From NCBI RefSeq assembly GCF_964204645.1, contig NC_134027.1:14974485-15038484 (forward strand): a stretch of 64,000 nucleotides of DNA, read 5' to 3'. The translations under genes and the position numbers were made by a program. The notes beneath the pieces were generated by a model. The model made no database searches, had not been told where the DNA came from, and worked only from the letters and a program-made list of their open reading frames with translations. Each line of letters opens with the position of its first letter. Within the stretch, counting starts at the first letter, position 1. This stretch comes from Tubulanus polymorphus. Lineage: Eukaryota; Animalia; Nemertea. Positions 47,540-61,730 of the stretch are shown one piece after another.

Positions 47540-48345
47540 AATACTAAGTTATTGTATTGTTCAACGCCCCTGGCGGCCATATACAAAAACCAATGAGCTT
47601 GAAACTCACCAAGATCATAGACCATGTCATGAGCTACAACTTTCCAATTGATTGTGGTAGCAAAATATGCATAGGTACAAATGTAATATAGAAATACTAA
47701 GTTATTGTATTGTTCAACGCCCCCTGGTGGCCATAAACAAAAACCAATGAGCTTGAAACTCACCTCAATCAGAGAACATGTCATGAACTACAACTTTCCA
47801 ATTAATTATGGTAGCAAAATATGCTTAAGTATCAAAATGATGTGGCAAAACTTTTTTTCCACCTACGAATGAGTACTGATGACCCCAAGATGGCCGCCAA
47901 TTGCGTCATAATTGCCTGGTCAAAAATACCCTCTCGGATATAAAAGATCCCTTTCCAAAGAATACCCATTACAAATTGCAATGAAAAATGGCACACCATT
48001 AGAAAGCGACAGGACTCAGAATTCAGGCCAAAATTAACATTTTTGGGAACAAAAAAGGTCACAGGACGGCCATCTTGAGTCCGATCGACCCAATTTTTCT
48101 CATGCTGATGGGCCCTTGGGGGATACAAATATATACGAATGATCAAGGTTATTGATAAAAGTGTCTTCAAAATTTCCCTCGAAAACTTCTAAAATGTGTA
48201 AAAAGTGCTGATTTTGGCGAACAACAATGGCTGCCAGTCGGCCATCTTGAATCTGACAGGGCCAGTTTTTGGCCTGAAGATGTGTCTAGGGTAGATACAC
48301 GTATAACCAAATATCAAGACATTACCTTGAAGCGTCTTCAAAACT
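47540..48345 (+). mobile_element. Partial family-T element
   Basis: Same tandem units and 3' body as 41883-43163. Confidence 0.75.
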
Positions 48346-48749
48346 TTGGAACTCTCACGAACTATCTAGATGGTTATCTCTCGACTCAATAGCTTCAAGA
48401 CCCATCTCAAAACAACTTTGTTCCATGCAGCATACCATTAACTCTCGGAAAGCGAATTGGATTTAACATTTTTTTGGCAGAATAAAATTTGATTGAATTT
48501 GCAATTCGAGCACATGGCTAATTAGCATATCAAGTTCATACACTCGATTTGGGAAAAGCAATTTTTTGCGAACCTTGCGCAATTGTCAAGGATGAATTTT
48601 CTGTAGAGCAAATAAAAATTCCTCCCAAACACCAAATCAACTAAAGATTTCATAGAAATCGATCTTGAAATACGATTTTAAATCTTAAAATAAAACCCGG
48701 AAGTAAAACAATAGATGATACCGCGGGTTCACGTGAACACCTGATTTCT

Positions 48750-49075
48750 CATCTTCACCCGTCAAGGGATTCGAACCCACTGCGCTAAAGCTGTTCGCCG
48801 AACCCCTTGACCTCACGAGTCGTTGGAGTCGTTAATAGCCGACCGAAATCCGGTCGTACCAATCACAGCGCTCGTAACAAACGACAGTAGTCTTCTGTTG
48901 GTTTTCCCGTTAAATGGACCAATCAGCGAAGGTTTTGCCGAACAAGGAAGTATTTCGCAAATCGATATATGACGTCATGCGCAACACCGCCAGTAATGAA
49001 ATCGCGCTTCGTGAGGCCAGGGGGCTGGTGGAAGCGAGTTCGGGAGTGATACCGGACCCCTGGCAAGCGAGGATG
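48750..49075. mobile_element. MITE with CAT...ATG ends and a 9-bp flanking duplication
   Basis: ctgatttct on both sides; a related left end recurs near 49590. Confidence 0.6.
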
Positions 49076-50403
49076 CTGATTTCTGTAAACGAAATGTTGG
49101 TTGTGACAAAATTGTTGAGACGGTTTTAGGTGGTAATTAGTACGGAAACGTAACGACCATGGTCGACTTATTCGATGAAATCAGGCCTATGTGATATCCA
49201 AATTTTGACTTTTTTATTCTCCAGACCTCCCTGATATAGAAATAAAAAATTTTGGTGGTACGAATAGTGCAATTACAGCGCCGATGGCGACAGAGCCGTG
49301 TCAGAGATCGGCGGAGTGAAAATTGCGGAGGTGGACGAACACGAAGAAGTAGGCTATTGAGCTACTTGAATTGCGAAAACTCCTGGCGCGGCCCCGACGC
49401 TTTTCGTTGATTAAGTAATACAAATATCAAGCAATGGGTTTTCACAATCTACCGCTGGTATTTACCGGATTTCAATATCACTCCAAAATTCAAAGAAACC
49501 TCGAAATATCGAACCGCAACACTTTCGGTAGATATCCGCAGCTGCCCAACCGGGAAACTTATTTGTTGATAGCATCGATAGGATCAATCATCTTCTCCCG
49601 TCAAGGGATTCGAACCCACTAAGCTAAAGCCGTGCCAGAATCGGGTCGGGCCAATCACAGCGCTTGTAACAAACCACATTAGGCTTCTGTGGAATTTCCC
49701 AGTAAATGGGCCAATCAGCGAACAAGTAAGCGAAAGCGGAAGTATTGAAGTAATGAAATCACGATAATTCACGTGAACAGCTGCTGATATTTTTAGATAA
49801 ACCAATCACAGGGAAGACACAACTTCCTGATTGGCTGATAAAAATTGAAATTTTCCCGATTTTATTTTCGTGAAAAATGCAGAAAACATTTTTATGAAAG
49901 CCTATTTCAAAATTCTGCTCGCTACGATTCCGAGAATGGATTACGCTTAAATACGTGATTTGTTCGAATATGCCCTCACTTGGCAAGCAAAAGAGCCTTT
50001 TGTGTGGAAACCATGTCATTTAAATTCGCTCCATTTGTATAGTAATAGGCTCAGCCTACGGCTGGCCTAAAAATGGACTCGGTTTTGTTCAGTGTGAACT
50101 TTTAATGAAACTGAGTTTTAACAACAATGAAATCTTCGAATGATTGATTATGGGCATTTTAGCCTCGACTAATGTTTGTAATCTTAATACCTCCGAGAAT
50201 GACATAAAACAACTAAAACTAAGAGAAAGTATGAGTGACTGGTTAAAATACGGTACCCGGTAAAAACTTACTGAGAGCCTGGTCTCATCAGAGGTTTTTC
50301 ATCAATCATACGGACAATAATACATGTAAAACCAATCAGGACAGAAGCTCCACATTCTCAAACTTAAGGGCAGTGCCGGTTGCTGACAAAAATTCCCCAT
50401 GTT

Positions 50404-51570
50404 TAAACAAGCAGCCTATCGGCTGATACGACTCCGCTGTTTTATGATAAGATTTTACAAGGACCACCTACACAGCACTCTCAAGAGTTTAAATCCAGAA
50501 AACGGCTTTTTACAAGTGTGACCTGTATAGCGCCCCAAGACATCAGATTGGCAATATGGCTCAGCAAAATTTAGCCCATGGCCAAAAATATTGACATACT
50601 AAATTTCGTCAAGATAGGATAATAATTGTAGGACAAGTAGCGATTTAAAGATTTTACTAGCAACACCCATACAGAGCCCCCTAGAGAGTAAATTTAGAAA
50701 ACCGCTCTATAAGTTTATAGCCCTTGGCCCATAGTATCGACATACCAAGTTTCGTCAACGTCGGACTATAATTGTAGGACGAATAACGATTTAAAGATTT
50801 TACAAGTGTGACCTGTACAGCGCCCCCAAAGGTCAAATTGGGAAAACGGCTCTATAACATTTTGTCCCTTGGCTGGTAGTATCTATAAACCAAGTTTCGT
50901 CAAGATCGGATTATAATTGTAGGACAAGTAGCGATTTTAAGATTTTACAAGCGCCCCCTAGAGATCAAATTGGGAAAAACAGCTCTACAACTTTTTAGCC
51001 CTTGGCTTGTAGTATCTACATACCAAGTTTCATCAACATTGGACAATAATTGTAGGACAAGTAGCAATTTAAAGATTTTACAAACGCCACCCGTACAGCC
51101 CCCCCTGGAAATCAAATTGGGAAAACGGCTCTATGACTTTTTAGCCCCTGGCTTGTAGTATCTACATACCAAGTTTCATAAACAACGGACAGTAATTGTA
51201 GAACAAGTAGCAGTTTAAAGATTTTACAAGCGCCACCCGTACAGCGCCTCCTAGCGATCAAATTGGGAAAACGGCTCGATAACTTTTAAGCCCTTGGCCC
51301 GTAATATCTACATACCAAGTTTGTCAACATCTGACAATAATTGTAGGACAAGTATCTATTTAAAGATTTTACAAGCACCACCCGTACAACGCCCCCTAGA
51401 TATCAAATTGGGAAAACGGCTCTATATTTTTTAGCCCTTGGCCCAAATTAGCTTCATACCAAGTTTGGTCAAGATTAGAAAAGAACTGTAGCACTAGTAG
51501 CAAATTGAAGCAAAAGTTGATGGACGGACGGATGGAAAGACGACGACAGATAATCACTCTAACCCTAAAA
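50404..51570 (+). repeat. Element with an internal ~145-bp tandem array (~7 units)
   Basis: Repeated aagattttacaag...cagcgccccctag...caaattgggaaaacggctct...ccaagtttc...taattgtaggacaagtagc. Confidence 0.8.
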
Positions 51571-51580
51571 ATAAACTAAT

Positions 51581-52288
51581 AAACAAAGCCTCGAATGCCC
51601 CTGGCCTGAAATTCACCGCCATGTAAAGTTACAGGGTTTGTGGTAAATGAGTTAAGAAATATCATGGCCACAATTATTTCTATAAGAATGATATTAGAGA
51701 ACATGTGTACAAAGTGTAAATAATTTAACAGATGCAGCCTCTAGGTTAATTTCCCCTGATGGCCATAGTTTGAATCGGTCAACAATTGCGGCCTGGAGTA
51801 ATAATTTGAATCGAATCGACCCAATTTTACAAAGGGTTCTGGCCCAAGTGATACCCTACTTGTGTACCAAGTTTGAAAGTAATCGGTCAACAATTGCGGC
51901 CACTAGGCTATTAAGGCAATTTTTCATGCCGGCCCCTGGTGACCATTATTCGAATCGAATTGACCCAATGTTATATAGGATTCGGGGCCAAGTGATACCC
52001 CACTTGTGTACCAGGTTTGAAATGAATCGGTCAACAATTGCGGCCTCTAGGCTGTTATCGTTTTTCATGTTGGCCCCCTGGTGGCCATAATTTTAATCGA
52101 ATCGACCCAATTTTGAATAGAGTTCTGGTCCTAGTGATATCTTACTTGTGTACCAAGTTTGAAAATAATCCGTAAAAAATTGCGGCCTCTAGGCTATAAA
52201 CCGTCGCTTGCAGCGGCGGCCGCAACGTACTCAGACAGGGTAAATCTATATACCCCGTCTCAACTAAAGTTGAGCCGGGGCACAAAAA
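51581..52288 (+). mobile_element. Helentron-like element with ~140-bp tandem units and a 3' hairpin
   Basis: Units aatcgaatcgacccaat...cttgtgtaccaagtttga...attgcggcc; ends ccccgtctcaactaaagttgagccgggg. Confidence 0.65.
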
Positions 52289-54704
52289 GTTTATCGACTG
52301 ACATGGTTTTTAATAGTTTCAGATAGGATTGTTTTTAGTAGGCAAGCATAGGCTAAGTGGGCTAAGCTTAAAAGCAATGTGACTCAAGCATCGTTGTTGT
52401 ATGCAGCAGGCGCTACCTACACCACGGCAGGCGCGACCTACACCATAGCGCGCGTTATTTATTATTGATACACGCTTGATAAATACACTCGGTAAAAGGG
52501 AGAGTATAAGGCAATATTGCCGACGCAACTGTACTGGACGTGCACTTCTCACTGTGCCACAGTAATCAAACTAATATAGATAACCAAGCTCTAAAACAGA
52601 TCGCTATGCGAACGTCCATAAAATAACTTCAATTAATGACAATAAAACAAGTATTCCAATCGTGCATATATCAGACTATCACTAAAAATTCGATGCTCTC
52701 AATCAATCAGCCTTGTTGGGAACAAGGAAGTAAATTGCCGCATTTTAAACCAACATTTCAAAATTAGAACAAGAAACGAAATTCTTAATATGGACTTTCC
52801 TTAATTTACATGAGTGTACGTATGTTTAATCAGCATCAAAATTCAATATTGTTAATCTAGATTAGAGATTATAAGCAAAACAATTGAAAAATAGAGTAAA
52901 CTTTTGATTTAATTCAAACGATGGGAGAAGACTGACTTTTGACAGATAATTAGATTGAAAATAAGGACGTCAAAAAATGTCTTTTCGAATCATGAATGGA
53001 AACGCATAGGCCTATTTATCTTTGGCATGAAGTTTTTGGCAGAATTTCAGAGAATCCGTGCTCCAAGTAATCAAAAAAGCCTAAGATGTCCCCCTTGATT
53101 GACTCCAGAAGTTTTCATGAAAATCTCTTTATTGATACGATCTCCATCACACACAACTGCATGCCGATTCATCATGAATGAACATGGTAGCGGGTTTTCC
53201 CCACTGACTCAAATAGACACTCTCCACGTCCATGGTGTGACGATTTCTAGACACTATGCACGAAGTTTGTTAGACAATTTATTTTCGTAAATTGAACAAT
53301 TTCCAAGATTCACTCCCCTCTTTCCCAATTTTACTGCCCTTTTCACAGCCGGCCGCGACAAAACCTGGCAGTTGAATCATTTGCAGTTTCCAAGAAAACT
53401 CTAACTAGGCCACACACGAGGCACACTTTTTACAGATGGCTGCTCTGGCAGCCATATTTAATGGCCGAAATTCTCTATTTTCAATAGGGGTAGACATCTC
53501 ACCTACCCCAATCCTAACACAAAGATTCATGGAAACCTATCAAGAATTGTAGGCTTTATTGCACGAAAATAAATTCAAAATGGCGGCCCTGGTGGCCATA
53601 TTTGATGGCGGATAACCTCTATTTTCAAAAGGGGTGGACATCTCACCCGCCCCAATCTATGATGGTTGCCCTGGCGATCATGTTTGATGGTTGATAACCT
53701 CCATTTCAAATAGGGGTGAACAACTTACCTGCCCCTATGCTTATACCATGTTTCATGGAAATATTTGAATTATAGGCTGCATTGTGCTAAATAATAAAAC
53801 TCAACATGGCTGCCGGGGCAGCCATATTTGATTACCGACTACCTCCATTTTCGATAGGGAAAATGCATTGAGTTTTTGCACATTTTTCCCAGTAATTCGA
53901 GCTTAAGAGCTGATGGACAAAACCTTCCATATTAATACCAATCTCTACTTCCCTCCTAATAACAGAATATGAGCTGTGTATATCCAGTGGTTACAATTTG
54001 TGACACCAAGAACAGAAAGTTACTCTCACAAGCATTCTATAAGGATCAACATCGTTGATGCTAAAAATTTAGACAAGAGCCCAAAGAGGCACTATGGCCA
54101 GCCTGTCAGCTTTTCATAAAATTGCAAATGGATGCATTCACTGGATTATATTTGACAAAATAAAACTCCCAGCTCAGAGACAATAGTTTACACAATACAT
54201 GTTTTCATAAGTAGCATAGACAGCGACTGGAGCTGACAGGAACAAATACCTCAGATAAATCTTTTCCCTTGGTCTTATTGATTTGGATGTGGAATAGAAT
54301 TGAATTTTCTGAAATTTGTTCAATAAAACAAAATTGAATTGGATTGGATGTTTTATTTGTTCAATAAAGTAAAATTGAATTGGAATTGATGTGATATTTT
54401 TTGCAGAATGAAAATTGATTGAATTTGCAGTTTGAGCACATGGTTAATTAGCATATCAAGGTCATCCATCCGATTTGAGAAAAAGCTATTTATCCCGGAC
54501 TTTGCACAATTGTCAATGACATTTTCTGTAGTGTGTTACGGATGAAACTCCAGGGCCGAAGTACCCAATTCCTTTTCGGATCCAAGCTCCAGGGTCGAAC
54601 AACACCCATAAAACTAACGACGACACCAGACGTATAATATTACAACGTCAAGCATTTATTAAAGTACTGTGGCTGGGACTGACTGTGGTCAGTAAACATA
54701 TATT

Positions 54705-57700
54705 CATATAATATAATAATAATAATAATCTTTATTTTTCGAAGAAATTATAACATATAATATAAGTATATTAATACAAAGTACAAAGTAACTTTAATTA
54801 TTAAATGTCATAATATCAATGAAAGGTGCCCACGAGAAGCAAAGTTGCTTGTAATTATGGGTCACCTAACACACACAGACACACGCAGACACTCTCTCTC
54901 TCTCTCAAACACACACACACATATAGTATTTGTAAATGTAGTCACATTAAACAGTAGGATAAAAATTTAGTAACGGTTAATTATGTCAATTTTGAATTTG
55001 TTTTTTTAACTGCAAAACTGATTTTGATGATTTAAGGTGTTTACCAAGATTCTGCCAGGTGGCGGGAATTGAACAACGGAAGCTTCTATTAATTATACTT
55101 TTAGTATGTTGAGGTATACGAGGGTAATTGCGTTGGCGAGTATAGTAGTTATGGTTATAAGAATTTTTTTTTAAAATATCATTAATTGTTAAAGGAATTA
55201 GATTTTTAGAAAGCAGATGTCCAAATTTCGCAGCTTCAAGCTGGATCATATCTTCAAATTTTATGACATTGAATTTTTTAAATAATAGATTAGTTGGGCT
55301 ATTGTATTTAGCCTTAGCTATAATCCTGATTGCTTTTTTCTGCAGTTTGAAAATCCTATTCTGGTTAAATTTTGAAATTAACGATCCCCAAATTATCAGA
55401 CAATAGTTTATGTGACAATATATATAGCGATTATACAGCATTTTCAGAGTAAAGCATGGTACAAAATGTTTAAGAGAATTCATCAAATAAATATGTTTAG
55501 CTATTTTTTTGCAAATTGAGTTTACATGCGCGTTAAAATTTAAATGCTCATCAATTTCAAGACCAAGAAAGGTAACTGAGTGTGATAAGTTGATCTGGTA
55601 ATCATTTATTTTTATGAAGTTTTGATGGGCTGCTTTTTTAGCATTTTTAGGCTTAAAGAGGACGAGTTTAGTTTTACCTAGGTTTAATGTAAGATTGTTT
55701 GCAGAGAACCAACTATATAGAGTTTTCAAATCATGTGTAAGGTCTTTAAATAATTTCGTGAGTGATTTACCAGTGACGAATATATCAGTGTCATCCGCAA
55801 ATAAAATTGGTTTACACTTTTTCAAACAGAGATACATATCGTTGGTATAAATTAAAAACAAAAGAGGTCCTAGTACAGAGCCTTGCGGAATTCCGTAATT
55901 AAGTGGGTAGACAATAGATTCTGTATTGTCAAATTTTACATACATTTCCCTATTATTTAAATAACTTTCAAACCAGGCTAGTGCCTGTCCCCTTATACCA
56001 TAGGTATAAAGTTTTTTCATTAGAATATTAAGATCAAGACAATCAAATGCTTTACTAAGATCTAGGAAAGCTGCTAGTGTATAACAATTAGTTTCAAACC
56101 CATTAATAATATTGCCAACTAACTCCATAGTAGCATGGCAAGTTGAATGCTCTGGCCTAAAGCCATATTGGCTATTGTACAGAATTGAGTATTTGACTAG
56201 ATAGTTATATAGTCTTTTGTGTACGACCTTCTCCAAAAGCTTTGATACACAAGGTAATAACAATATGGGTCGATAGTTCGAAAATTCTCGATTATCGTCC
56301 TTTTTAAATAATGGAGTTACACAAGCTAATTTAAAATCTTCTGGAACAATACCAGATTCTGAAGACTTGTTAAAAATATCTGCTAGTGGTTTAGATATGT
56401 AAGAACAAATATTCTTCAATAATAAATTATTAATAGAGTCATGTTCAGCAGACTGTTTAGGTTCTAACAACGAGATCAATTTACGTACTTCAATTTCATC
56501 CGTCGGAAACATGTAGAAATTATTGTTCAGGTCTTTTGGCATAAATTTATCAAACTGATCATTATTATTCGACATATCTTTAGAAAGTTTACTTCCAATA
56601 GTACTAAAGTATTTACAGAAACCATTACTTATACGTTGTCTGTCATTGCAGGGTTTACCATTTATATTAAAGTTATCGGGTACACAATTCTTATTGGGGG
56701 TTTTCACTATAATTTCTTTCATTGTTATCCATAATCTACGGCTATTTCTATTAAATTTCAGTAATTTGGAGCTATAAAATTGTTGCTTGGCTTTTCTCTT
56801 GGCGGAGTTGTAAACATTACGATATACAATATAAGATTTAAAACGGGGGTGACTTTCGTCAAGACCTATTACAGATTTATATAATGCATTACATTTATGT
56901 GACGAATTAATAAGTCTCGGGGTCATCCATACCTCTCGGGCATTTACATTATGATTTCGTACACTCTGTTTCGGAGCGTAGAAGTCGATTATACCAATCA
57001 ATGTTTTATTAAAATACATATATGCATCGTTACTGTTTAAACTGTGTAATGGTGACCAGTCAACAGTTGTTAGCGCACGTTTAATAAAATTCAAGTTTCT
57101 TTCAGTAAGATTTCTCTTCATAAAAGTCTCATGTTTTTTGTACAACATATTTTTTTCGATAGATGTAAGGCATGGTAGATGGTCTGACATATGGGCCAAT
57201 AATATTGCTGAAGAAATTTTCCCCTTTATGTCTGTATCAACGTAGACATTATCTATAAGGGTTGCGGTAGTCGAGGTTATCCGCGTAGGTCTTAAAATGG
57301 TTGGATATAAACCATTAGTTAAATTTAAATCAAAAAATTTAGCAGTGTTAGCGTGGTTATCCATCTTGAGATAATCGAGATTTTGATCAGTACCGATTAT
57401 AATTTTTTTGTTTTCTTTTTTGATATTTTCTATGCAGTTTTGATAGTCTTTAATAAACTGGTCTTCACTGGTTCCAGGAATTCTGTATATTTCTCCCACT
57501 ATGATATTATCATCCAATTCTACAAAGCAAGATTCGAATTGGCCAGTTTTAAAAATTCTGAGGTCTTTTCTTTCTACAAATTTTAAATCCTCACGTACAT
57601 AGATGGCGACACCTCCTCCTGTGGTGGTTGTTCAGTGCTCTTCTATGGGTTTATGATAACCTGGTATATTAATTTTGCCTACATTATCATCCGTAATCAA

Positions 57701-58515
57701 AGTTTCACACAACAAGATTAAATGTAGTTTACAGCCTTGGTTTTCTAGTAAATATATTAAATTCCTCAAGTCAGTAAGCTTACTATTGACACTATGGATA
57801 TTTAGTTGTAAAATATTCAGTCTATCATGTGTGAAATTAAATTCACTCGAAACTTTATTTACATCAAGATACGGAAAGTGATTATTTAAAGGATTTTCAT
57901 CCGATTCATCAAAAAAATTGTTAGGGTCATTTTGTATGACCTTCAGTCGGTCACTTATATCAATACTACCGAGACACATTTATGGTCTGAGGTGTCACAA
58001 ACCAAGCCACCTAAATGTCGTTATTAATGTTCGGCTTTTTTGTCTGTTTTTCAGCAGACGGAGGCGTTTCAGACACTGAACGCTGTTTTCGTTTTGAACC
58101 AGCAACCGGCGTAAACGGAGGTTCGATAGTTTCTTTGTTATTATATCGAACAGCTTCGATGAATTGCTGCACTAAAGCTGCCTTGCCCTGGTCATTTAAG
58201 TGTATACCGGTTTTGTCACTCATCAGGTAGTACCGATCGCGGGTACCACCTGAAGGCTGGAAGACGTTATCATTGTTGATGTAAACCATACTGTTTGTTA
58301 CATAGTTTACTGCAATATGTATTTACCGTATTTACAGCCGTATTAAATTCCTTAACAGCAGCCGGATTTCCTGTTTTGGGAATTATGCTCGACAGGTATA
58401 TCTTTGCATTGTCAAAATGTTCATTAACTTTGGCCAATGCTTCGGACACGTTCAACTTAATAATATCTGAATCGGATTTATGACGGTTAACGTCGTTAGT
58501 GCCTAAGTGCAGGTA
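54705..58515 (-). mobile_element. 5'-truncated CR1/L2-group LINE with SGNH-esterase ORF1 remnant and APE-RT ORF2
   Basis: ORF1 pieces LHLGTNDV and GIHLN. ORF2: APE (QLNI, LCET, GGGVAIY, PTR, IDN, SDHLP) and RT (DLSKAFD, GIPQGSVLGPLLF, FADD). (tta)n tail near 54710. Confidence 0.9.
54986..57979 (-). pseudogene. LINE ORF2 endonuclease/reverse transcriptase, broken near 57630
   Basis: 843-aa ORF plus the upstream 115-aa ORF. Confidence 0.88.
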
Positions 58516-59786
58516 CAGTTTATAGGGGTATATAGGTACAGTTTATAGGGGTAAGTCAAGTATAAACACTGAATGATTCACACTGAACAGACTGAAGTCA
58601 GTATACCATATAAACACTATACATACAGTAACTATACAATAACTGTAACACAACTGGGTAACAAGTGCAAATAAAAATATTCCTCCCTCAAACCAAATCA
58701 ACTGTAGACTTCACAGAAATCGATCTTGAAATACAATTTTAGATCTTAAAATAAAACCCGGAAGTAAAACAGTAGACGATACCGCGGGTTCCTGTGAACA
58801 CCTGCTGATCTCGGCGCCTAAGCCAATCATAGAGGAGTCTTTGCTTTCTGATTGGCTTTGTAAAACAGATATTTTTGCGATCAGATTTTCGTGAAAAATC
58901 TCATATAAATTTTAACTTCATAGGGTTTGGAGGAAGGATAATGCTCTAATGAATGATGTGTTTGAATATATGCTCAGTTGCGTAGTCAAAGAGCCTTTGC
59001 TCTCGAAACCATGTCATTTAAATTCACTAAATTTGTATAGTAATAGGCTCAGCCTACCGCTGGCCTAAAAATCAGGAGCCCTTTTAAAATCTAGGTTATT
59101 TTGTACGATATTGGCTAAATATGGTCACTAATGTGTCAAATCAGCCTCTCTTATTATGAACACAGTCCAATAAGAAACTGGAAAATAAATTTACTCATTT
59201 TTGGAAACTGGAAATCAATAGGCAAAATTGCAAATCAAAAAAATTTAGACAAGAGCCCAAAGAGGCACTATGGCCAGCCTGTCAGCTTTTCATAAAATTG
59301 CAAATGAATGCATTCACTGGGTTATATTTGACAAAATAAGACTCCCAGCTCAGAGACAATAATTTACACAATACAATCATGTTTTCATATGTAGCATAGA
59401 CAGCGACTGGAGCTGATAGGAACAAATACCTCAGATAAATCATTTCCCGGGATAATGCTCTAATGAATGATGTTTGAATATATGCTCAGTTGCACAGTCA
59501 AAGAGCCTTTGCTCTCGAAACCATGTCATTTATATTCACTCAATTTGTATAGTAATAGGCTCAGCCTACAGCTGGCCAAAAAATCAGGAGCCCTTTTATA
59601 ATCTAGGTTATTTTGTACGATATTGACTAAATATGGTCACTGATGTGTCAAATCAGCCTCTCTTATTATGAACACAGTCCACTAAGAAACTGGAAAAAAA
59701 ATTTACTCATTTTTGGAAACTGGAAAGCGATAGGCAAATTTGCAAATCAACATTGAGAAATTTTGAAAGGTAGGATAATAACACTG

Positions 59787-60455
59787 GACGTATCGGGCCC
59801 ACTCCGCGCGGATGCGCCACCGCGCGGGATTTACGCGAAGCAGCAAACACAAACATGGCCACTCTCTCAATTTTCAATGATAGAAATCGTGTGTGTATTT
59901 CAATTATTTCGGCTGTTAGGGTTTTAAGGCACAATATAAGTTGATGATGTGATATGGCGATGTTAATTAATGATAATTCCGCAGTGAAGCTAGTCACGAA
60001 CGGTGCCGATTGAGTGTACAGCTGGCAAAAACACTGAAATGTGCATAGTTGTGTAACTATTTGCAGTGAATTGCAGACGAAACATGAAGCCTTAACGGCC
60101 GTTTAAAAAAAAATTATACCAATCGCAATTGTAAAATAAAAATGAGATAGAACCTAAGTTAAAATTCTGGCCATTTCTAAAATGTTATTACAAATTTCTA
60201 GTCAGTGCCGAACGTTTAGTTTTCCAACAATAATGAGGGGTGGTAGGTAGTCATGCATTTCAAGTAATCATTTATTACACGTTACTTCCGTGTTGTTGAA
60301 AATCTCGCGAGTCCAGGACCAAACCCCAATTTGAACAATGCGATCTGTGTGCTGGCCACAAATGCACACAGATCACACTACACTACCCATTAAACACTCC
60401 AGTACCCACAGCTTTCATATATCCATCCAAATATTTAGAGTGTCTTTCTTCCTGG
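59787..60455 (-). repeat. Inverted copy of 40233-40902
   Basis: Reverse-complement match. Confidence 0.85.
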
Positions 60456-60481
60456 ATCGTTTCAAATGAAATATATCTTAC

Positions 60482-60532
60482 CGGAGATTCAGCATGTCGC
60501 AACACACTACCATTTTTTATTTCATAACGATT
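60482..60532 (-). CDS. ELMO: ELMO/CED-12 exon (51 nt)
   Basis: ttttcag|NRYEIKNGSVLRHAESP|gtaag, corresponding to ELMO NRNEIKNGTILRL..SP. Confidence 0.9.
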
Positions 60533-60599
60533 CTGAAAAATATATATCATTCAACATGTTACATAAATTCATCACCGTAAACAGATATCATTCACTATT

Positions 60600-61730
60600 T
60601 CATTTATCCAATCACCTCAATAAGCCAAATGAATATTTTATTCATTCTATTCTTTTAATGTGATTTACTTATGCGTAAACAACATGAATTTATTACAAAG
60701 ATTATGTCACAGTACCCCTCATGGTAACAAGTTTATCTCCTTTGATGCAGTCTCTCTTTTCACTAACATCCCTCCGGAACCTACTTTACATTTTATCAAA
60801 GGTAAACTGCCATTAGAATTGTTAACTGTCTCATTATTCTTTTAGAACCATATGCTAGAAGAGCCTATTTTCAATTTGATGGCATTTTCTTTGAGCAAAT
60901 TAACGATTTCGCTATGGACAACCTCCTTTTGCCCATTTTACATAAAACCATCAATCCATCAAACCTTTTCTTAGAACACATTGAATCTGTGATTTCATAT
61001 CTATATACTGGGTTCGTGCTTCTTCCATGGCTTATGTATGTCGATGACATTTAATGTTTAGTGTCAACTGATTTCAGCCTTGATTCTTTAAAGGCATTTC
61101 TTAATTCCCTTTATGCTTCCTTGAAGTTAACCTTGAGTGGAAAATGATGGAAAAATGCCTTTTTGGATGCTTCTTTCTCATACATAATTTCAATTAGAGA
61201 TCAAGTTTAGGTAGTAAACCTACTAATTGTGAATCCAACCAACATTTCCTTTCATTCACTCCAACTTATCTTAAAGTAGCCGTTTTTCAGGGTATTTTCC
61301 TTCAGCTCATAGGATTTGTGACAAAATCTTTCTAGACTATGAAATTTTACATATTCAAACCATTTCTAAAAAACTTGCATACTCGGAAAAGGATTTAGAG
61401 AAACCCTTCACAAAGCCAAAAAGTATTTTTCTCTCCTTCACAACCCCGTAATCCTCGCCTCGTCAAAGCCTCAAAACAAAATTATAGTCGCTTTTGTAGC
61501 TTGCCTGGATAAATTCTAACCTGTTGTTCGTTAATTAAATACCGACTTAATTTTCAAATATAACAATAAAACTTGTAATTATTGCTCCAATAACAATCTG
61601 AACCCCAATGTCTATTGTAGATGGAGTTAATAAAAATAATTGTTCTGATTATGACCTTTTCTGATGGGGAAACTGTGAGGAATCTTAAGGATCATCTTGA
61701 GGAACATAAACGCGATGTATTTAACTCTTA
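60600..61730 (+). mobile_element. Heavily decayed Penelope-like element
   Basis: FISFDAVSLFTNIP, YVDDI and a GIY-YIG-like GETVRNL remnant, with many frameshifts. Confidence 0.75.

Larger units (their letters stand above)
54534..58663. mobile_element. Solo LTR (TGTTAC...GTAACA, 4-bp TSD AGTG) interrupted by a LINE
   Basis: agtg flanks both ends; the empty site ttttctgtagagcaaataaaaa is seen in a sister repeat near 48597. Confidence 0.7.

Noticed and set aside
58937-59730. Local duplications (58937-59220 vs 59449-59730; 54065-54268 vs 59241-59448)
   Set aside because: Ordinary repeat-mediated duplication or an assembly artefact; no sign of function.
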